Shown here in pieces: positions 8,510-14,124 of a stretch of DNA of 14,124 nucleotides. The position numbers and the translations under genes are program-made. The notes beneath the pieces were generated by a model that had not been told where the DNA came from, ran no database searches, and saw only the letters and a program-made list of their open reading frames with translations. The stretch is from a virus. Lineage: Duplodnaviria; Heunggongvirae; Uroviricota; Caudoviricetes. The stretch spans positions 1-14,124 of the IMG/VR virus record IMGVR_UViG_2690316286_000003; one strand, 5' to 3'. How positions within the stretch are numbered: the first letter of the stretch is position 1; every line of letters begins with the position of its first letter.

Positions 8510-8838
8510 CAGTTCACCACCTGCTTAAACTCCGCGCTGAACTCAACGCGCAACATCCCGACCCGCGCAGACCACCCGGCACAGGTCACCTTTATCTGCC
8601 GGTATGCATAGGGTGGCTTCCACAAAAATGCCTTCCAGCCACCGTGCTCTGCCAGGAACGCTTCCAGATGCCGGGCCTCCTCCCGGGTCACGGAAAGCGT
8701 CACCCTGTATGTTTTCAGGTCAGCATTCAGCCCTGCCGCCATACGCTGTGAGTACCCGTCACCAAAACGCACTTCACGCACCGATGGCTGCGAGTTCACC
8801 TCCATATCCGGCTTCACTTTCCAGCGAAAGGTTTTCAT
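8509..8838 (-). CDS. M: Minor tail protein M (109 aa), copy B
   Basis: MKTFRWKVKPDMEVNSQPSVREVRFGDGYSQR...; same length as copy A, roughly 83% identical by eye. Confidence 0.9.
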   Translation of the reverse strand: MKTFRWKVKPDMEVNSQPSVREVRFGDGYSQRMAAGLNADLKTYRVTLSVTREEARHLEAFLAEHGGWKAFLWKPPYAYRQIKVTCAGWSARVGMLRVEFSAEFKQVVN

Positions 8839-11408
8839 CCACCGCTCCCTGATAACATACCGCCATCACGCAACTGCAGCCGGAGTTCATCCTGTGCCCC
8901 CTTGCGGGCCATCTCATACACCGCTTTCATCAGCTGCGGCCCTGCCCGCCCGTTGGGGCCGTCGTTCTGAATCACCACGTGATTGTTCTGATTAAAATTA
9001 ATGCCTTCAGCCCGCCGCATCTGCGCCGGACTTCCGGCACCGCCGACATAACCACCTTCCGCATAGCCCCGCATCAGGCGGTACAGATTGCCGACACCAA
9101 TCCGGCTGGTCGCCTCCTTCGTGAAGACAAACTCCCCGCGATGAACAATCCCCGCAGGTTCATATTTACCCCCCGTCCCCGTAAATCCCCCGGTCGCGAA
9201 ATGGAAGTTCGCCGCCGCAGCCTGAATGGCCGTCCCCGTGGAGGCAGACGCACCACCACCGAAAGCACCGCCAATGGCGCTGCCGATACTCCCGACTATC
9301 CCCACCATCGCCTGCTTCAGAAAAATCTCTGTCAGCATGGACAGCACAGAACGGGTGAAACCACGCCAGTTCTGTTCGCTGCCGATCAGCATCGCTGCCA
9401 TATTCTGTGCAATACCGTCAAAGGTCTGCGTGGCCGCGTTTTTAACCTGCGAAAAACTGTCCGTCGCACTTTCCGCCCACTCGCCCCAGCCGGACTTCAT
9501 CCCGGCCATCCAGCTTCCACGAAGCTGCTCCTCCGCAGACCAGGTGTTCTTCAGTGCAGATGTGGCCTTCGCCAGCGCAGCCGGATTATCACCGTACACC
9601 TCACGAAGGCGCTGCTCTTCCGACTCCCGCTGCGCCTGACGGTCGGTGAGTCCGCGGGCTTTTGCGCTGATTGCCGCCTGCTTCGCGCTCTGCTGCTGTT
9701 CAAACCGCGCCGCCTGCTGTGCCAGCTCATTCAGCCGTTTCTGGTGTTCAATCTTGTCGCCCAGCTCAGCCAGCTGGCGTTTGTACTCCAGCGTTTCTTT
9801 CTCATGGGCCAGCAGGGATTTTTCCTGCTCAGATAACTGCCGTTTCGTGGCGGCCTCTTTCAGGACCACATACTGATTTTCCGCTTTCCATAAATCACGG
9901 CGCTGCTGGCTGATTTTTTCATTCGCACCGCTGTGCTTCTCCAGCGTCCTGAGCTCAGTTTCAAGCGCCAGCAGGGCTGCATGCGCCTGGTCTTCCTGGC
10001 GCTCACCGGCAGACACCTTCACACCGGACGGCTTTTTCTGCGTCGACTCATAATCCTTTTTTGCCGACGCCATCAGCGTGTTGTAATCCGCCTGCAGGAT
10101 TTTCCCGTCTTTCAGGGCCTTATTCAGCTCTTCCTGCCGGGCGGTATATTTCTCCAGTGGCGTCAGCAGGCGCTCATACGCCTTCTGCGCCTCTCCGGTA
10201 TACTTCAGCTGTGACGACTCACGCTCAGCCCTGTCCCTTGCCGCCAGTTCACCGGCTTTTTCCATATCCGACTGCAGCGTTGCCGCTGCCAGACCCAGAC
10301 GGGCATTTTCCCGGTCATCCCATGCGCCCTGAAGGTTGGCCCGGAAAGAGGAGGTTTTACCGCGGCGCTGGCTCCGACTCTGGTACCACTGCCATTTTTT
10401 ATCCGCCTCATCAAATGCCTTCTGCGCACTGGCGAGCATATCCGCTGAGGATTCCGGACGACCGATATCCAGAATGGCATCCCACATCGATTTGAATGCC
10501 TTCCCTGTTTTATCCGCCCAGGTCTCCAGTGTTCCCATGTTTTCTTTCAGGCGACGGGTCTGCTCATCAAAGCCTTTCGTGGCGATATCGTTCGCCGCCT
10601 GCAATGCCCCGGCCTCGTCTCCGGAACGCTGCAGCTGTGCAACATACGCAATCTGCTCTGCCGTCACGTTACGGAACTGGCGCGCCATCGCCATCAGTCC
10701 CGACGTCGGGTCAGTGGTCAGCTTCCCGAAGGCTTCAGCGACTTTATCCACCTCCACACCGGATGCAGACGCAAAACGCGCGACACTCTGGTTGATGGCA
10801 TCAAACTGTTCACCACCACGCACACCGGCATTCACCAGGGCTGCCAGTGACTCTCTCGCCTGGTTAAACGTCAGCCCTGCTGCCTGCCCGGCTCTTGAGA
10901 GAGTCAGCATACGATCGGCAGTCAGTCCGGACTGATTACCGGAAAGAACCAGGGTTTTATTAAACGCTGAAAGCGTGGAATCTCCCTGGTACCAGGCGTA
11001 CACCAGTGCACCTGTCGCCACCGCCAGCGAGGTGACCCCGACCATCGGCAGGGTGATCGCATCGGCAAGCCCCCTGAACATGGGGATCATCCCGCCGAAG
11101 GAGTCCTTCACCTGACCGCCCTGTTGCAGCAGGATCAGCCAGGGATTCTGACCACCGGCAAGCTGCGTGGCGATATCCGTAAACTGTGCGGGCAGGGTTC
11201 GCATGGCCGCTTTATACTGCCCGACGGAAATCCCGGCTTTTTGTGCAGCCAGCGCCTGGCGGCTCAGGCCCTGTTCAACAGCACTGGCGGTTTTTCTGGC
11301 GTCGGTATCCAGACCTGAAAAATGACGCCTTACCCGGCTCATCTGCTCATCGAAACGGACAGCATCCAGACTCAGGTCAATAACAAGATCACCAACCGGC
11401 TGGGACAT
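8835..11408 (-). CDS. H: Tail length tape measure protein H (857 aa), copy B (divergent)
   Basis: MSQPVGDLVIDLSLDAVRFDEQMSRVRRHFSG...; collinear with copy A over its full length, with a divergent central block and a near-identical C-terminal region. Confidence 0.95.
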   Translation of the reverse strand: MSQPVGDLVIDLSLDAVRFDEQMSRVRRHFSGLDTDARKTASAVEQGLSRQALAAQKAGISVGQYKAAMRTLPAQFTDIATQLAGGQNPWLILLQQGGQVKDSFGGMIPMFRGLADAITLPMVGVTSLAVATGALVYAWYQGDSTLSAFNKTLVLSGNQSGLTADRMLTLSRAGQAAGLTFNQARESLAALVNAGVRGGEQFDAINQSVARFASASGVEVDKVAEAFGKLTTDPTSGLMAMARQFRNVTAEQIAYVAQLQRSGDEAGALQAANDIATKGFDEQTRRLKENMGTLETWADKTGKAFKSMWDAILDIGRPESSADMLASAQKAFDEADKKWQWYQSRSQRRGKTSSFRANLQGAWDDRENARLGLAAATLQSDMEKAGELAARDRAERESSQLKYTGEAQKAYERLLTPLEKYTARQEELNKALKDGKILQADYNTLMASAKKDYESTQKKPSGVKVSAGERQEDQAHAALLALETELRTLEKHSGANEKISQQRRDLWKAENQYVVLKEAATKRQLSEQEKSLLAHEKETLEYKRQLAELGDKIEHQKRLNELAQQAARFEQQQSAKQAAISAKARGLTDRQAQRESEEQRLREVYGDNPAALAKATSALKNTWSAEEQLRGSWMAGMKSGWGEWAESATDSFSQVKNAATQTFDGIAQNMAAMLIGSEQNWRGFTRSVLSMLTEIFLKQAMVGIVGSIGSAIGGAFGGGASASTGTAIQAAAANFHFATGGFTGTGGKYEPAGIVHRGEFVFTKEATSRIGVGNLYRLMRGYAEGGYVGGAGSPAQMRRAEGINFNQNNHVVIQNDGPNGRAGPQLMKAVYEMARKGAQDELRLQLRDGGMLSGSGG

Positions 11409-11853
11409 ATCTCACACCTCCCGGAATCCCCGCTGAAGCCATCATTAATGCGGCATCATCCACCATGACATCCGCCACATCCGCAGACGATAAAATATCG
11501 CGCCCTCCGTCCCCACCGAACCGGACGCCTCCGGCAAGTCCTGCCGCTTTCTGCATCAGCATTTTGTCCTCATCCGGCCTCTCCACCTGCTCTTCCTCAT
11601 GCCGGGGGACAAGCAGACTGAAATCAGAGGGATGCATATCCGGATCGCAAAAAAACAGGCTGAGTACAGCGTACGTCAGCCCGGAAAAATGCATATCCAG
11701 CTGGGTATCCTGAAAATAATGCGTGCGGTAAAAACGGCGCCAGTCGGCATATTCGGTGGATGTCATCCCGGCAAGCATGGCGCGCCAGTCGGGTCTCCCC
11801 ATCTCACGCGCCAGTCTGAGGGCAAAGTTCAGCTCGCCGTCGAAGACTTTCCC
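11389..11853 (-). CDS. T: T reading frame of the G-T tail assembly chaperone, reached by -1 frameshift from G (copy B)
   Basis: -1 frame from the slippery heptamer reads GKVFDGELNFALRLAREMGRPDWRAMLAGM... and ends ..GVRYVPAGW-stop; overlaps the H copy B start by 20 nt. Confidence 0.85.
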   Translation of the reverse strand, partial: GKVFDGELNFALRLAREMGRPDWRAMLAGMTSTEYADWRRFYRTHYFQDTQLDMHFSGLTYAVLSLFFCDPDMHPSDFSLLVPRHEEEQVERPDEDKMLMQKAAGLAGGVRFGGDGGRDILSSADVADVMVDDAALMMASAGIPGGVRYVPAGW

Positions 11854-12260
11854 GCAGAAAAATCATCATCAGTCAGCGTGTTATTTTTCGCCACTTCAGT
11901 AATATCAGTATCCGGACGAACAGCTTCGATCATCCCGGACAGGCACAACACCACGTCTTCCGCCCGGGCAATGGCATCGGCAGGCCAGGTGGTGAGCACT
12001 TCCTGCTCTATCTTCATCACGGCCTCATTCATTGACGGTGACTGCGTTTTCTGTGGATGGTTATGCCACAGGGACATCGCCACCAGAAACGCGCCGGTTC
12101 TGACGAGATCTTCCACGCTTACCTGCAGGTTGCCGCTGGATTCTGCCTGTTCTGCACGCCGTTTCAGGAGGGCAAGATGCTCGATACGCTGCAGCGCAGA
12201 CAATTCGGAAAGCGTGACAGACACACCGTTATATTCAAATTGTTCTGTTTTCAGAAACAT
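11829..12260 (-). CDS. G: Tail assembly chaperone G (143 aa), copy B
   Basis: MFLKTEQFEYNGVSVTLSELSALQRIEHLALLKRRAEQAES...; collinear with copy A G. Confidence 0.9.
   Translation of the reverse strand: MFLKTEQFEYNGVSVTLSELSALQRIEHLALLKRRAEQAESSGNLQVSVEDLVRTGAFLVAMSLWHNHPQKTQSPSMNEAVMKIEQEVLTTWPADAIARAEDVVLCLSGMIEAVRPDTDITEVAKNNTLTDDDFSAGKSSTAS
11847..11853 (-). other. Programmed -1 ribosomal frameshift slippery heptamer GGGAAAG (G to G-T), copy B
   Basis: Plus-strand CTTTCCC; G frame reads ..SAGKSSTAS-stop through G|GGA|AAG; same heptamer and same position as copy A. Confidence 0.8.
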
Positions 12261-12273
12261 GTATTACCTCCGT

Positions 12274-13026
12274 TTACCCTGCAGCGCCCGCTTCAGTAAC
12301 GGTGACTTCAGCCACTGCGGCGAACTGACCATTTCCGCTCACCACAGGGATCTGCACCTTACCTGTCGCCACGCCGTTTACCGTAATTGTCATATCTTTC
12401 ACACTAATGGTGGCTTTCGACGGATCGGCGGAAACCGCTCTGAACGTCTTGTCGGTTGCACTTTCCGGCTCAAAAGAAACCGTCAGGGTGGTTGTTTTCC
12501 CTTTTGCCACCGTACCGGATGTCGGCGTCACCTTAATCGCACTGACCGGCGTAATTTTGCTGCGTTCTTCCGCTACAGAAGGTTTACCCACGTTAGTGAC
12601 TTTCACCGTGCGGGTGATCACTTCTTTCGCCGTCACGGCCTTACCGATACTGCTGACCCAGCCACGAAACACATCCACCGTGCCATTCGGAAAACGGATT
12701 TTATAGGCCCGGACATCGCCGCTTTCAAACCAGCCTATAAGCCCTTTCTGGCCTTCCTCTCCCGGTTTCCAGGCCAGCGTAAAACTGGTATCACCTGCAG
12801 ATTTCTGCCCCTGCCCGGTCGCGCTCCAGTCCGCGTCTTCATCATCCAGGTAGTTATCATCATAGGATTCAGCCGTCATCTCGCCCGGCGTCAGATCCTT
12901 CACCTTAGCCAGTCGCTGCCAGTCATCGTCTGACAACGGGTTTGCATAAGCATCAGCCTTGCCGTTGTAAACCCACAGAGTGGTACCGGCACCTTTTACC
13001 GGCTCCAGGGGATTTGGTGTTGCCAT
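12274..13026 (-). CDS. V: Major tail (tube) protein V (250 aa) with C-terminal Ig-like domain
   Basis: [49 protein letters not shown]...; C-terminal [23 protein letters not shown]...[17 protein letters not shown] is Ig-like; located between U and G. Confidence 0.9.
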   Translation of the reverse strand: MATPNPLEPVKGAGTTLWVYNGKADAYANPLSDDDWQRLAKVKDLTPGEMTAESYDDNYLDDEDADWSATGQGQKSAGDTSFTLAWKPGEEGQKGLIGWFESGDVRAYKIRFPNGTVDVFRGWVSSIGKAVTAKEVITRTVKVTNVGKPSVAEERSKITPVSAIKVTPTSGTVAKGKTTTLTVSFEPESATDKTFRAVSADPSKATISVKDMTITVNGVATGKVQIPVVSGNGQFAAVAEVTVTEAGAAG

Positions 13027-13033
13027 ATCGTCC

Positions 13034-13429
13034 TCACATCTCGTATGTAATGGAATAAGTCAGATCCGCAGAGCTCCATAACGCCATATCGTCATCACGA
13101 CGATACTCATAGCCCTGCGTAACCATCGTGGTAATCAGTCCTGCCAGTGCAGGGATCGCAGTCATCGCCGGATAAATCCGGCTTTCCATCCACTGATCGA
13201 GCTCCGAATCAGGTACCTGTGCCGGTAAAAACACCTCAATATGCAGTGTGGCCCGCCAGGTATCTGCATCCAGCTCTTCACCGGTATACTCTGCATCCGT
13301 CAGATAAACCGCGATCGCAGGAAAATCCTCTTCGTCAAAAACAACGGGGCGACCATCAAACAGCGTCGCCCCGTGTTCATGCTGCTCGAGTGCATCCAGC
13401 ACTGCGGCACGAATGTCAGTGTGTTTCAT
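13034..13429 (-). CDS. U: Tail tube terminator protein U (131 aa)
   Basis: [54 protein letters not shown]...; 131 aa as in lambda gpU; position between Z and V. Confidence 0.88.
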   Translation of the reverse strand: MKHTDIRAAVLDALEQHEHGATLFDGRPVVFDEEDFPAIAVYLTDAEYTGEELDADTWRATLHIEVFLPAQVPDSELDQWMESRIYPAMTAIPALAGLITTMVTQGYEYRRDDDMALWSSADLTYSITYEM

Positions 13430-14001
13430 CGTTTTATCGCAATCCTCAGTTGTTGTTTCAGCGCGTATGCCAGTTCTTTAGGCAGGCGTTCACGCCGGAT
13501 ACGGTCAACATTCTCATCAAATGCCTGTTTCAGTGGGGCCGCCATCGGGATTTTCACCACCTGAATGGGAAGGCGATTACGCTTTTTCCTTCCCTTGTCG
13601 TCATTGCCCTCCTCATATCTGGCCTGGGGAAGACGTTGCATAACATGCCAGCGCCCATTATTTAATCGCTGGATAAATGCCCGCTGATAACGATGCTGAC
13701 CGGCTTTGAGTATGCTGTTCGGACGACGCCCCAGCATTCTGATCCCCAGCTTAATCACAGGGAGATCACCGCGGTTAACGATAATTCTGGCATTCGGATT
13801 TCTGACCGTCGCCCGTTTCAGTCTGGACCGTTCCTTTACCAGTTTCCGTCTCACCCTGGTTTCCCGGGCAACCTGTGACGAAGACTGATTAATCGCCGTT
13901 GTGGCCACGCGGTTAATGGTCATTGCAGAAGCAGCCGGAATGGCGTTTTTACGAACCCGGCTCAGATTGTCAATCGCCTGATCAAGCCCTTTTATCGCCA
14001 T
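13426..14001 (-). CDS. Z: Tail completion protein Z (191 aa)
   Basis: MAIKGLDQAIDNLSRVRKNAIPAASAMTINRVA...[25 protein letters not shown]; basic protein of lambda gpZ length; overlaps the U start by 4 nt. Confidence 0.85.
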   Translation of the reverse strand: MAIKGLDQAIDNLSRVRKNAIPAASAMTINRVATTAINQSSSQVARETRVRRKLVKERSRLKRATVRNPNARIIVNRGDLPVIKLGIRMLGRRPNSILKAGQHRYQRAFIQRLNNGRWHVMQRLPQARYEEGNDDKGRKKRNRLPIQVVKIPMAAPLKQAFDENVDRIRRERLPKELAYALKQQLRIAIKR

Positions 14002-14015
14002 AATTCACCCTGCGT

Positions 14016-14124
14016 TTATCGTCGCCGGTTAACTGCGGGTGGTTGCCCACGGTTGAGCCAGAGATAACAGCTGCCCCCGTCATCCGGAGATGTCAGCGCC
14101 AGTGATATAAGACGGTAATTCGCC
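14016..14124 (-). CDS. 3' end of an upstream ORF, probably the head-tail joining protein FII (5' end beyond the window)
   Basis: Open minus-strand frame from the window edge (..ANYRLISLALTSPDDGGSCYLWLNRGQPPAVNRRR) to TAA at 14016..14018, 14 nt before the Z start; identity inferred from synteny only. Confidence 0.4.
   Translation of the reverse strand, partial: ANYRLISLALTSPDDGGSCYLWLNRGQPPAVNRRR

Larger units (their letters stand above)
8213..12507 (-). repeat. Tandem direct repeat, copy B: L(codons 1-98, truncated)-M-H-T-G-V(codons 174-250)
   Basis: Collinear with 3968..8216; right boundary inferred from where the V fragment at 7995..8216 begins to align to the full V (codon 174). Confidence 0.85.

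Noticed and set aside
1-14124. Search for CRISPR arrays, tRNA/ncRNA genes, insertion sequences, integrase/att sites or a defence or toxin-antitoxin locus
   Set aside because: No regularly spaced short repeats, no tRNA-like structure, no terminal inverted repeats or transposase-like ORF, and no intergenic space: the minus strand is fully occupied by collinear tail genes separated by at most about 60 nt.

Overview
The whole window is the tail-morphogenesis part of a lambda-like (lambdoid siphovirus) late operon, with every gene on the minus strand and tightly packed (ATGA/GTGA-type stop-start overlaps). Reading the minus strand from high to low coordinate: FII (3' end only), Z, U, V, G/G-T, H (tape measure), M, L truncated at codon 98 | 3' fragment of V, G/G-T, H, M, L, K, I, J (first 2.2 kb). 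The unusual feature is that the block V(3' end)-G-T-H-M-L(5' end) occurs twice in direct tandem (3968..8216 and 8213..12507, about 4.25-4.3 kb each). The two copies are clearly divergent (about 76% amino-acid identity over the first 51 H residues, about 83% over M) and are joined at a non-homologous junction at 8213..8216, where a truncated L runs straight into a V fragment. From memory, the left copy plus K, I and J looks nearly identical to phage lambda itself, while the right copy plus Z, U and V is a divergent relative. I see no CRISPR array, tRNA, insertion sequence, integrase or recognisable defence/toxin system; the plus-strand ORFs in the track are antisense shadows. I cannot support a novel biological system here beyond this structural rearrangement. 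All homology calls rest on recognising protein sequences by eye, not on any search.
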